Part shown: piece after piece, positions 56,227 through 64,000 of the stretch
Position numbering within the stretch: position 1 is the stretch's first letter
How the letters are laid out: the number at the start of each line of letters is the position of its first letter
NCBI GenBank assembly: GCA_017853275.1
Contig: JAFMJV010000001.1
Span: 26,286-90,285 of the forward strand
Length of the DNA stretch: 64,000 bases
Direction of reading: 5' to 3'
Origin: Chloroflexota bacterium
Lineage (GTDB): Bacteria > Chloroflexota > Limnocylindria > Limnocylindrales > CSP1-4
Made by a program: the position numbers and the translations under genes
The notes under the pieces: model-generated
What the model was told of the DNA's origin: nothing
The model's input: only the letters and a program-made list of their open reading frames with translations
Databases searched by the model: none

Positions 56227-57339
56227 TCAGTCGCCGTAGCCGAGCGACCGGAGGAGCTCCGCCGAATCGGCCACGACCTGGCGCTGCTCGGCGGGGCTGA
56301 AGGTCCGCTTCCAGGAGCCCATCGATCCCTCCGAGGCGCGGTCGCACGCGGTGAGGAAGACCTCCCGCGAGGCGGGGTCCGTGATGCCCAGGAAGTCGAG
56401 GATCCGCGTCCCCTCCGTGCGCGGGTCCGTGACGAGCGATTCGTAGCGCAGCTCGTGGTAGCGGGACGGGCCGAGCGGGCGGCCGTCGCGGATCGCCGCC
56501 TCCGTGTAGCGCCGCCAGGACCAGATCATCCGGTGCGCGTCGCTCGTCGTCTCGAACTCCCGGACCCGCTCCTTCTCCACCCACCACGGAGCCCACGGGC
56601 CGTGGAGGTAGCCACCGGGCTCGCGCTTCCCGGAGGTCGCCTGGTCCAGGCGCAGCCAGGGCTGCTTGTAGTGCGAGGCCGCGGCATCCCGGCCGTCCCG
56701 GATGATGTGCACGAACTGGGCGTCCGGGAAGGCGCGCGCGAGGAAGGGGACGAGGAGCGCGTTCGTGGGCGTCTTCTCGCAGAAGCGGAGGTGGCCGTCC
56801 AGCTCGAGGCGGAGGAGCCAGGCGTAGACGGAGCGGAAGAAGAAGCGCGACCGGCGCTCGCTCCACAGCCCCTCGTAGACGTAGCGTCCGGCAGCCTTGG
56901 TGGCGGGGGGCTCGTGGTGATAGCTGATCTCCGGGACGTGCCCGAAGCAGTCGCCGAGGAAGGTGGTCCCGGAGCGCGCCGCGCCGATGATGAAGACCGC
57001 CCGCTTCAGGGACGGGAAGGCCGACGCGAGGAGGCGCTCGGGGGTGGGGCGGACGGGGCGCTCGAGGCGCCGGTAGTAGCGCTTCTCCGCGCGATAGGAG
57101 AGCCGGGCCCAGCGGTGGAGGTTGCGCAGGACGATCGGCGTCGGGGTGGCATCGATGTGCGCCGGCGGCCCGCCGCTCCCGGGGAGCGGCTCCTCGCCCG
57201 ACTCGGCAGGGGTCGCGAGGCCGAGGTCCGCGGCCGTCACGGCCGGATCGGCGCCCTCGATCGCCTCGATCGCGGGGACCGGGGCGGCCCCGTCCGGGCC
57301 CGCGGTGCTCGTCTCGTCGTCCCGGCTCGTCATCCCCAT
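56227..57339 (-). CDS. Sulfotransferase-family protein, cassette A (acidic disordered N-terminus)
   Basis: FIIGAARSGTTFL (5'-PSB loop type), HIIRDGRDAAASH (3'-PB type), YHELRYESLVTDP. Confidence 0.8.
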   Translation of the reverse strand: MGMTSRDDETSTAGPDGAAPVPAIEAIEGADPAVTAADLGLATPAESGEEPLPGSGGPPAHIDATPTPIVLRNLHRWARLSYRAEKRYYRRLERPVRPTPERLLASAFPSLKRAVFIIGAARSGTTFLGDCFGHVPEISYHHEPPATKAAGRYVYEGLWSERRSRFFFRSVYAWLLRLELDGHLRFCEKTPTNALLVPFLARAFPDAQFVHIIRDGRDAAASHYKQPWLRLDQATSGKREPGGYLHGPWAPWWVEKERVREFETTSDAHRMIWSWRRYTEAAIRDGRPLGPSRYHELRYESLVTDPRTEGTRILDFLGITDPASREVFLTACDRASEGSMGSWKRTFSPAEQRQVVADSAELLRSLGYGD

Positions 57340-57468
57340 CCCCGTCGGCGGTCGTCATCCGGCCGCCGCGCACCTCGCGCCGCGCCCGCATCAGCCTGCG
57401 CATTCTACCGGTCCGGGGCGGAGCCGAGTCCCCGGCGCCGGTCCGCCCCGCGGGGCCGCCGCGAGCGC

Positions 57469-57474
57469 TACGAT
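57469..57474 (+). promoter_or_regulatory. -10-like box TACGAT (GCGCTACGAT), 6 nt before ATG 57481 (leaderless manC)
   Basis: gcGCTACGATcgggcgATG. Confidence 0.4.
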
Positions 57475-57480
57475 CGGGCG

Positions 57481-58551
57481 ATGTACGCCGTCATCATGGC
57501 GGGCGGAGGCGGGACGCGCCTCTGGCCGCTCAGCCGTGCCGCCCGCCCCAAGCCCTTCCTGCCGCTCCTCGGGGAGACGACCCTCCTCCAGGCGACGGTC
57601 GCCCGTCTCGCGCCGCTCATCGGCCCCGAGGACGTCCATATCGTCACGGACGGACGCTACCTCCCTCTCGTGCGCGAGCAGCTCCCCGCCGTCCCCGCCG
57701 CCAACCTCCTTGCCGAGCCGATGGGCCGGAACACCGCCGCGGCCGTCGCCTACGCCGCCGCCGCGATCGACCGCCCGGACGACGAGGTGATGGTCGTCCT
57801 CCCCGCCGATCACCGGATCGCGGACGAGGCCGGCTTCCGGGCCGCCCTCGCCGCCGCCGCGGAGCGCGCCGCGAACGGTGACCTCGTCACGCTCGGCATC
57901 ACCCCCTCGGGGCCGGAGACCGGCTACGGGTATGTCCTCGCCACCGGAGACGCCGTCGCGGTCCGGGGGATGCCCGCCTGGCGCGTCGAGCGCTTCGTGG
58001 AGAAGCCCACGGTGGAGCGCGCCCGCGAGCTCCTTGCCGGGGGCCGCGCCTCGTGGAACGCCGGGATCTTCGTGTGGCGCCGCGATGCGCTCATCGCGGG
58101 CCTCCGGCGCCACGCGCCGGAGATCCTCGAGCCCCTCCTCGCCGCCCCTTCCCCGGAGGCGCTCGCCGCGCTCTACCCGGGGCTCCGGGCGACCTCGATC
58201 GACTACGCGCTCCTCGAGCCTGCCTCGCTCGAGGGCCGGGTCGCGGTCGTCCCGGTGGAGGTGGGCTGGAGCGACCTCGGGTCGTGGGCGGCGCTTCTCG
58301 AGGCCGGGGTGGCGGAGGGCGACGGGACGGTCGTCAGCCGCGCGGAGGACGGGGCGGAGGTCCTCACCGTCGGCGGCCGCGATCTCCTCGTCCATGCCGC
58401 GGGCGGGCGGCTCGTCGCCGTCGTCGGGCTCGAAGGGGCGATCGTCGTGGATACGCCGGACGCCCTCCTCGTCGTCGGCCGGGAGGCTGCCCAGGACGTG
58501 AAGCGGATCGTGGACGCGCTCGCTGCCCGCGGGGACCGCGACCGGCTCTAG
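57481..58551 (+). CDS. manC: Mannose-1-phosphate guanylyltransferase (no isomerase domain)
   Basis: MYAVIMAGGGGTRLWPLSR..KPF, GRNTAAAV, VLPADH, GYGY, FVEKP, WNAGIFVW, EVGWSDLGSW. Confidence 0.9.
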   Translation: MYAVIMAGGGGTRLWPLSRAARPKPFLPLLGETTLLQATVARLAPLIGPEDVHIVTDGRYLPLVREQLPAVPAANLLAEPMGRNTAAAVAYAAAAIDRPDDEVMVVLPADHRIADEAGFRAALAAAAERAANGDLVTLGITPSGPETGYGYVLATGDAVAVRGMPAWRVERFVEKPTVERARELLAGGRASWNAGIFVWRRDALIAGLRRHAPEILEPLLAAPSPEALAALYPGLRATSIDYALLEPASLEGRVAVVPVEVGWSDLGSWAALLEAGVAEGDGTVVSRAEDGAEVLTVGGRDLLVHAAGGRLVAVVGLEGAIVVDTPDALLVVGREAAQDVKRIVDALAARGDRDRL

Positions 58552-59627
58552 CGGCCCGCGGCCTCCGTCCAGACCGCGCGGTAGCGCGCGACGATGCGCG
58601 GGATGGCGAGCGCGTCGGCGAGCCGCGCGACCGCCGGATCGGGCGATGGCGGCGGGTCGGCGAGGATCTCCGCGATCCGCGCCGCCAGGCCCTCGGCGTC
58701 GAGCGGGTCGACGACGCGCATCGCCCCCGGCGCCAGCGCGTCGTACTCCCGGAACTGGGGGAGCCCGGAGGTGACGATCGGCCGTCCCGTGGCGATCCAC
58801 GTGGAGACGGACCCGGAGGCGGACATCTCGCGGAAGGGGGCGAGCGCCACGTCGCTCGCGGCGAGGATGGTGCGCAGCTCCGCGTCCGGGACCCAGCCGG
58901 TGAAGCGGACCCGATCGGCGACCCCGAGCCGGCGCGCCTCCGTGGCGAGCTCGTCGCTGCGGGCCTCGCGCCCCTCGATCGGGGAGCCCGCGAAGATCGC
59001 CACCACATCGTCCGGGAGGAGGGGGAGCGCGGCGAGGACGATCCCGTGACCCTTCCGGCGCGTCATGAAGCCCTGGAGGGTGATGACCCGCCGCCCCGCG
59101 AGGCCGAGCGCCGCCTTCGCCGCGTCCCGCTCGGGCAGCCCGTCCAGCCGCTCCACGAAGTGCGGGATGACCGTCACCGTTCCGCGACCGGTCAGGGTGC
59201 GCAGCCGCCGGACCTCCTCCTCTCCGTGGACGATGACGCGTGCGGCGCGCCCGAGGAGGCGCCGGGTCGCCATCGCGGCCGGGTGGAGGAAGCGGTCCCG
59301 GAAGCCCTCGCGCTCGTACACGTCGTGGAGGGTGACCACGAGCGGCCGGCGGCAACCCGCGAGGAAGAGCTCGAGGTGGGGGAGGGCCCACCGGACGCCA
59401 CCCCAGTCGGCGAGCTTCCACTGGACCTGGACGACATCCGTCCCGGCGAGCGTCCGTGCCGCCGCCGAGATCCCGCGCCGGCCGGCGTCCCGCGGCCCGG
59501 CATCGGCCTCCACGACCTCGATCCCATCGGCCTCCGCTGCCCCCTCCGCGATGATCCGCCCGTAGCGCCGGACCCCGCTCTCCGCCTTGCCGAGGTGGAG
59601 GACGCCGACCCGGAGCGGGCGGCTCAC
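58548..59627 (-). CDS. GT-B glycosyltransferase, cassette B (GT4-like but lacking EX7E)
   Basis: GVLHLGKAESGVRRYGRIIA, LHDVYER, VIPHFVER, MSASGSVSTWIATGRPIVTSG. GTG 59627 in a GTGA overlap with the sulfotransferase stop. Confidence 0.8.
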   Translation of the reverse strand: MSRPLRVGVLHLGKAESGVRRYGRIIAEGAAEADGIEVVEADAGPRDAGRRGISAAARTLAGTDVVQVQWKLADWGGVRWALPHLELFLAGCRRPLVVTLHDVYEREGFRDRFLHPAAMATRRLLGRAARVIVHGEEEVRRLRTLTGRGTVTVIPHFVERLDGLPERDAAKAALGLAGRRVITLQGFMTRRKGHGIVLAALPLLPDDVVAIFAGSPIEGREARSDELATEARRLGVADRVRFTGWVPDAELRTILAASDVALAPFREMSASGSVSTWIATGRPIVTSGLPQFREYDALAPGAMRVVDPLDAEGLAARIAEILADPPPSPDPAVARLADALAIPRIVARYRAVWTEAAGR

Positions 59628-60439
59628 CGCGCGCCCGGGGCGCGCAGCGAGCGGAGGAGGTCGCCGGAGCTGCGCGCCAGGAGGAGCCGGAGGAGCGGGT
59701 CGAGCCGCTGCCCGCCGCTCCCCACGCGGGAGCGGTAGATCGCCCCGCTCTCCCCACCCTCGGCGCGGCGCTGGGCGGTGAAGCGCCGGTAGCGCTCGGT
59801 GGCCGCGTGCTCCTGCTCGTCGAAGCGGAGGACGACCGGGTCCCACGGCTCGCCGAGGAAGGCGAAGAGCGGCCGGAGCGTCCCCTCGGGATCGGCGACG
59901 AGCGCCTCGTAGCGGACCTCGTGGTAGCGATCCGCGGTGAGGCCGCCGGCGAGGCTGCGGGCCGCCTCCACGTAGCGGCGCCACTCCCCGTTCGCCATCC
60001 GGGCTCCCGAGCGCCAGCCCCAGCGGTCGCGGGCGGAGGCGACGACATCCCGTCCGTCGCGCAGGAGATGGACGTAGAGGGCGTCCGGGAAGAGCTCCCC
60101 GATGAAGGGGAGGAGGAGCGTGTAGGTGGGGTCCTTCTCCGCCCAGCGCCGCTTCCCGCGCCCGGCCAGGACATCCGCCTGGAAGCCGGTGTAGAGGTCG
60201 CGGATCCGTCCGATCCAGTAGGCGCGCGGGAAGCCGTAGGGCTCCACCATCCGCCAGTGGCGGCCCACGATCGGCTCCAGCTCCCGGAGGAAGTGGGTCT
60301 CCTCGCCGCACGAGATCGCGGGGTGGGAATCGAGGATCAGCCGGAGGAGGGTCGTCCCGGAGCGCGGCGCACCGACGATGAAGATCGGGCGCGCGGAAGC
60401 CGGGGGGCCGGAGAGGGGGGACCGGTCGGCGTCGCTCAC
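59624..60439 (-). CDS. Sulfotransferase-family protein, cassette B
   Basis: FIVGAPRSGTTLL, HLLRDGRDVVASA, YHEVRYEALVADP. GTG start. Confidence 0.82.
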   Translation of the reverse strand: MSDADRSPLSGPPASARPIFIVGAPRSGTTLLRLILDSHPAISCGEETHFLRELEPIVGRHWRMVEPYGFPRAYWIGRIRDLYTGFQADVLAGRGKRRWAEKDPTYTLLLPFIGELFPDALYVHLLRDGRDVVASARDRWGWRSGARMANGEWRRYVEAARSLAGGLTADRYHEVRYEALVADPEGTLRPLFAFLGEPWDPVVLRFDEQEHAATERYRRFTAQRRAEGGESGAIYRSRVGSGGQRLDPLLRLLLARSSGDLLRSLRAPGAR

Positions 60440-60563
60440 GTCCGGTCAAGGATACCGGCCGGGCGCACGGGGGACCCTGCCGCTCCCCGTCCGGTCGAGG
60501 CGCTACGATGAGCGCTCCGCCGGACCCTCCCCATCGGCCCGGCGCCACGAGGAGCACGAGCGA

Positions 60564-62042
60564 GTGACGGAGCCGACCGCGACCCCGACCCCGCCGATCG
60601 TCTTCGGCACGGACGGGTGGCGCGCCCGGATCGGCGAGGACTACACGTTCGAGAACGTCCGGCGCTGCGCGCAGGGCGTGGCGGACTGGCTGATCGAGAG
60701 CGGGACCGCGGGCAAGGGCGTCGTCGTCGGCTATGACCGGCGCTTCGCGAGCGAGCACTTCGCCCAGGCCGCGGCGGAGGTCCTCCTCGCCCACGACATC
60801 CCGGTCGCGCTCGCGCGGGAGGCGATCCCCACCCAGATGACCTCCTACCTCGTCGTCGAGGAGGGGCTCGCCTGTGGCGTCATGATCACCGCCTCCCACA
60901 ACCCCTGGACGGACAACGGCTTCAAGGTGAAGTCGCCCACCGGCTCGGCGGCGGACGCCGCGATCCTCTCGGTGATCGAGCGTTCGATCCGCGCCCATGC
61001 GGCGGACGAGCCGCCGGTCCGGCCCCTTGCGGACGGTGAGGCAGCCGGCCTCGTCAGCCGCCCGGATCCCTTCCCCGGCTATGCCCGCTACGTGGCCCGG
61101 AGCCTGGACCTGGACCGGCTGCGCGCGGCGGACCTGCGCATCCTCGTGGATCCCCTCTACGGGTCCGGTGCGGGCTGGATCCCGCGCCTCCTCGCCGGCG
61201 GCCGGATCCGCGTGGACGAGATCCACGCGGAGCGGAACCCGTGGTTCGGCGGCGTGAACCCGGAGCCGATCCGTCCGAACGTGGACGAGGCGCTCGCGCG
61301 GATCGCGGCGGGCGGCTACGACCTCGGCCTCCTCCTGGACGGGGACGCGGACCGGGCCGGGGCCGCGGACGAGACCGGGACCTTCATCCACCAGCTCCAG
61401 GTGATGGGGCTTCTCATGTACTACCTCCTCGAGCACCGCGGGCTGCGTGCCCCGGTCGTCTCCACGATCAACGAGACCGCGATGGTCGGCCGGCTCGGCG
61501 CGCGCTACGGCGTGGATGTCCACGAGACGGCGGTCGGCTTCAAGTACGTCGGCCCGAAGATGATCGAGACGGGCGCGATGATGGGCGGCGAGGAATCGGG
61601 TGGATACGGCTTCGGGATGCACCTCCCGGAGCGCGACGGGATCTACGCCGACCTCCTCCTCCTCGACCTCTTCGTCCGCGAGCGCGAGGCGGGCCGCGCG
61701 CCGGTCTCCGCCGCCGTGCGGCACCTCCACGAGATCGCCGGTCCCTCCTTCTACCTGCGCACGGACGTCCACGCGGATCGCGCCGGCTACCCGGCCCTGA
61801 AGGAGCGCCTCCTGCGCGAGCTCGGGGCGCACGCGCCGGCCGCGATCGCCGGGGTCCCGGTCGTCCGGACCGACGCGCTCGACACGCGGGACGGCTACAA
61901 GTTCTGGACCGAGGACGGCTCCTGGCTCCTTGTCCGGTTCAGCGGCACCGAGCCGCTTGTCCGGGTCTATGCGGAGGCCGCGAGCGCGGAGCAGCGCGAC
62001 GCCTTCCTCGCCGAGGGTGGCCGGATGGTGAACGGGCGATGA
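60564..62042 (+). CDS. manB: Phosphomannomutase/phosphoglucomutase
   Basis: FGTDGWRA, active-site TASHNP, DGDADR, GGEESGG, RFSGTEPLVRVY. GTG 60564; ATG 60378 is rejected because it overlaps the divergent gene. Confidence 0.92.
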   Translation: MTEPTATPTPPIVFGTDGWRARIGEDYTFENVRRCAQGVADWLIESGTAGKGVVVGYDRRFASEHFAQAAAEVLLAHDIPVALAREAIPTQMTSYLVVEEGLACGVMITASHNPWTDNGFKVKSPTGSAADAAILSVIERSIRAHAADEPPVRPLADGEAAGLVSRPDPFPGYARYVARSLDLDRLRAADLRILVDPLYGSGAGWIPRLLAGGRIRVDEIHAERNPWFGGVNPEPIRPNVDEALARIAAGGYDLGLLLDGDADRAGAADETGTFIHQLQVMGLLMYYLLEHRGLRAPVVSTINETAMVGRLGARYGVDVHETAVGFKYVGPKMIETGAMMGGEESGGYGFGMHLPERDGIYADLLLLDLFVREREAGRAPVSAAVRHLHEIAGPSFYLRTDVHADRAGYPALKERLLRELGAHAPAAIAGVPVVRTDALDTRDGYKFWTEDGSWLLVRFSGTEPLVRVYAEAASAEQRDAFLAEGGRMVNGR

Positions 62043-63163
62043 CCGGCGAGCCGATCATGAGCGGGGGGATCCTGGACGACGCGGCCGCGTCCCGCCGTGC
62101 CGACCCGGCCGGGATGGCCGGGGAGGTGGCCCGGATCCCGGAGCAGATCCGTGACGCGTGGCGCATCTCCCGCACGCTCTCCCTCCCCGCGAGCCACACG
62201 AGCGCGACGGCGGTCGCCGTCCTCGGCATGGGCGGATCCGCGATCGGCGGCGATCTCGTGCGCTCGATCTGGTCCGACCGCCTCCGTGTCCCCGTCGAGG
62301 TCGTGCGCGGCTATGACCTGCCGGGGTGGACAGGGGCCGGGAGCCTCGTCGTCGCCAGCTCCTACAGCGGCGCCACGGAGGAGACCCTCTCCGCCGTCGA
62401 GCAGGCGTTCACGCGTCGCTGCCCGGTCGCCGTGATCACCACCGGCGGTCCGCTGGGCGCCGTCGCCGAGCGGGCCGGGCTCCCATCCCTCCGCTTCCCC
62501 GGGGGCGGCCAGCCACGTGCCGCGGTCGGCTACGCCGTCACGCTTCTCGCCGGGCTCCTGGAGCGGGGTGGCTACCTCGCCCTCCCGGACGAGGAGATCG
62601 AGGCCGGGGCGCAGGCCGCGGAGGCTGCCCTCGCCGCATGGGGCCCGGACGTGCCCACGGAGCGGAACCTCGCCAAGCGCCTCGCCTGGGCGATGCTCGA
62701 CCGCCTGCCGGTGGTGGAGGCGAGCGGATCGCTCGCGGCGGTCGCCCGGCGCTGGAAGACGCAGCTCAACGAGAATGGGAAGACGATGGCCGTCTGGGAG
62801 GAGCTCCCGGAGGCGAACCACAACACGGTCGTGGGGCACCCGCACCCGGGCACGATCCGCGACCACCAGCTCGTCGTCTTCCTCACCTCCGCGCTCGACC
62901 ACCCGCGGAACGCGCTCCGCTCGCGCCTCTCCGCGGCGCTCGTCGCGGATGCGGGGATCCTCCACGAGGAGGTCCGCGTCGAGGGCGCCACACGCTTCGC
63001 CCAGGCCCTCTCGGCGATCGTCCTCGGGGACCTCGTGAGCGTCTATCTCGCCTATCTCTACCGGGCGGACCCCACGCCGGTGGAGACGATCGCCGGCCTC
63101 AAGGCCGCGCTCGCCGCGGCGAGCCGGTCGGATGCTGCGCCGGGGGCGAACGGACCCTCCTGA
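62039..63163 (+). CDS. Bifunctional phosphoglucose/phosphomannose isomerase (SIS-domain type)
   Basis: AVLGMGGSAIGGD, VASSYSGATEET, RWKTQLNENGK, ELPEANHN. ATGA overlap with the manB stop. Confidence 0.88.
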   Translation: MTGEPIMSGGILDDAAASRRADPAGMAGEVARIPEQIRDAWRISRTLSLPASHTSATAVAVLGMGGSAIGGDLVRSIWSDRLRVPVEVVRGYDLPGWTGAGSLVVASSYSGATEETLSAVEQAFTRRCPVAVITTGGPLGAVAERAGLPSLRFPGGGQPRAAVGYAVTLLAGLLERGGYLALPDEEIEAGAQAAEAALAAWGPDVPTERNLAKRLAWAMLDRLPVVEASGSLAAVARRWKTQLNENGKTMAVWEELPEANHNTVVGHPHPGTIRDHQLVVFLTSALDHPRNALRSRLSAALVADAGILHEEVRVEGATRFAQALSAIVLGDLVSVYLAYLYRADPTPVETIAGLKAALAAASRSDAAPGANGPS

Positions 63164-63319
63164 CGGGGCGCGACGGCACGGCTCCCATGCCCCCCGCGCG
63201 GGTGTACGCTCGCGGTGTCGTCGGAGCCCGGCCCCCGCAGCCGATGGGGTGGGCCGGTCGCTCCGGGTGAGTGGGTCACGACCCCTCGCGGGCCGGACCC
63301 GGGCAAGGAGGTCCCCGCG

Positions 63320-63598
63320 ATGCACTCGAGCGTGATCGGGAAGATCGAGAAGGCCCATCGCTATGCCCGCGAGCCCGAGCGGATCAGCCTGCGGCGGCTG
63401 GAGGCGGGGTTCCAGGGCGACAACGACAGCTACGAGGTCGTCCTCGGAGCGGACGGCTGGAGCTGCAGCTGCCATTCCTTCCACAGCCTCCACGGTTGTG
63501 CGCACATCCTCGCGCTCCAGGATCTGCTCGGCCGCATCCTGCCGGAGAACGCCCGCCTCTCCGGTCTCTTCGAGCCCGCGGGCGTCGGCGCCGGCTGA
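63320..63598 (+). CDS. Small stand-alone SWIM zinc-finger protein
   Basis: AAGGAGG SD 8 nt upstream. WSCSCHSFHSLHGCAH fits CxCx(n)CxH. Confidence 0.7.
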   Translation: MHSSVIGKIEKAHRYAREPERISLRRLEAGFQGDNDSYEVVLGADGWSCSCHSFHSLHGCAHILALQDLLGRILPENARLSGLFEPAGVGAG

Positions 63599-64000
63599 CG
63601 GACCGGCGGCCGCGCCGCGCACGCGCAGGCTCGCCTCGAGATCCCCGCGGCCGCGATCCCAGCGGAGCGCGATCCGGATGCGCCAGGTCCCCGCTCCGGG
63701 CGGCCCCGGGAGCGCCAGCCGGGTCGTGCCCGGCGGCAGATCCGGATGCTCCACGAGCCGGACCGCCCGGCGGCCCTCCGGCGGGCCGATCGGCTCCGCG
63801 ACGACCCGCACCGCCGCGAAGGCACCGCCGTCCGAGGCGGTGAGGATGAGCGGCTCCTCGGGGCTGCGCATCCGGAGCTCCGGGAGCGGCATCCCCGGCG
63901 CGCCCGGCAGACCCGCGCAGGTCCCGAGGTAGCAGCCGGGGCCGTTCCGGGCGATCACCGTCCGGCCGCCGCCGAAGAGGACGACCCCCGGGGCCGAGGG
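63599..64000 (-). CDS. Possible 3' part of a minus-strand gene running off the window (unresolved: no in-frame stop)
   Basis: Codon-position GC pattern and a protein-like translation (...VVLFGGGRTVIARNGPGCYLGTCAGLPGAPGMPLPELRMRSPEEPLILTASDGGAFAAVRVVAEPIG...). However, the frame stays open until 61967, antisense to well-supported genes. Confidence 0.3.

Overview
Very GC-rich (roughly 73-75% by eye), densely coding bacterial chromosomal segment with about 60 CDS. I saw no rRNA, tRNA, CRISPR array, IS element or integrase. Taxon cannot be assigned from this window; gene order (dnaJ-prmA, rpsU-yqeY-ybeY, pth-mfd) is of the Gram-positive/Terrabacteria type. Left to right: (1) the 3' part of dnaK plus a terminator. 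(2) An ~18 kb ABC-transporter-dependent (wzm/wzt) rhamnose-type envelope glycan cluster: priming phosphotransferase, rmlABCD, six glycosyltransferase genes (one a GT2+GT4 fusion), a DUF4012 protein and an embedded sulfotransferase fusion protein. (3) Three secreted proteins: Big_1/SBP-like, GH26, and DUF11-repeat+vWA. (4) An Rrf2 regulator, a divergent ABC-2 exporter (1 ATPase + 2 permeases) and a convergent YcaQ/AlkZ-family DNA glycosylase. (5) Housekeeping genes: dnaJ-prmA, HIT, a lipoprotein, an acyl-CoA ligase, rpsU-yqeY-ybeY. (6) Two small membrane proteins + ApbE + a ferric-reductase-like heme-b protein. (7) pth-mfd. (8) CoxS/CoxM-like subunits with MoCF, MoxR, vWA and XdhC accessory genes but no large subunit. 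(9) apt, a divergent MtnA/eIF2B-like gene, a GNAT, ahcY, an unknown gene, metK. (10) A second glycan locus where two paralogous sulfotransferase->GT-B cassettes are each divergently paired with GDP-mannose supply genes (manC; manB + PGI/PMI). The best candidate for an undescribed system is this duplicated sulfotransferase/glycosyltransferase/GDP-mannose locus, together with the third sulfotransferase inside the rhamnan cluster; I infer sulfated envelope glycans. Genome-style signals: pervasive NTGA start/stop overlaps, including two probable CTG starts (prmA, ybeY). GCTAnnnT-type -10 boxes lie 6-7 nt before start codons, implying leaderless mRNAs. Two convergent gene pairs share a CTAG double stop. 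Many long antisense shadow ORFs were rejected. All functional calls rest on motifs I recognise by eye; no database search was run.
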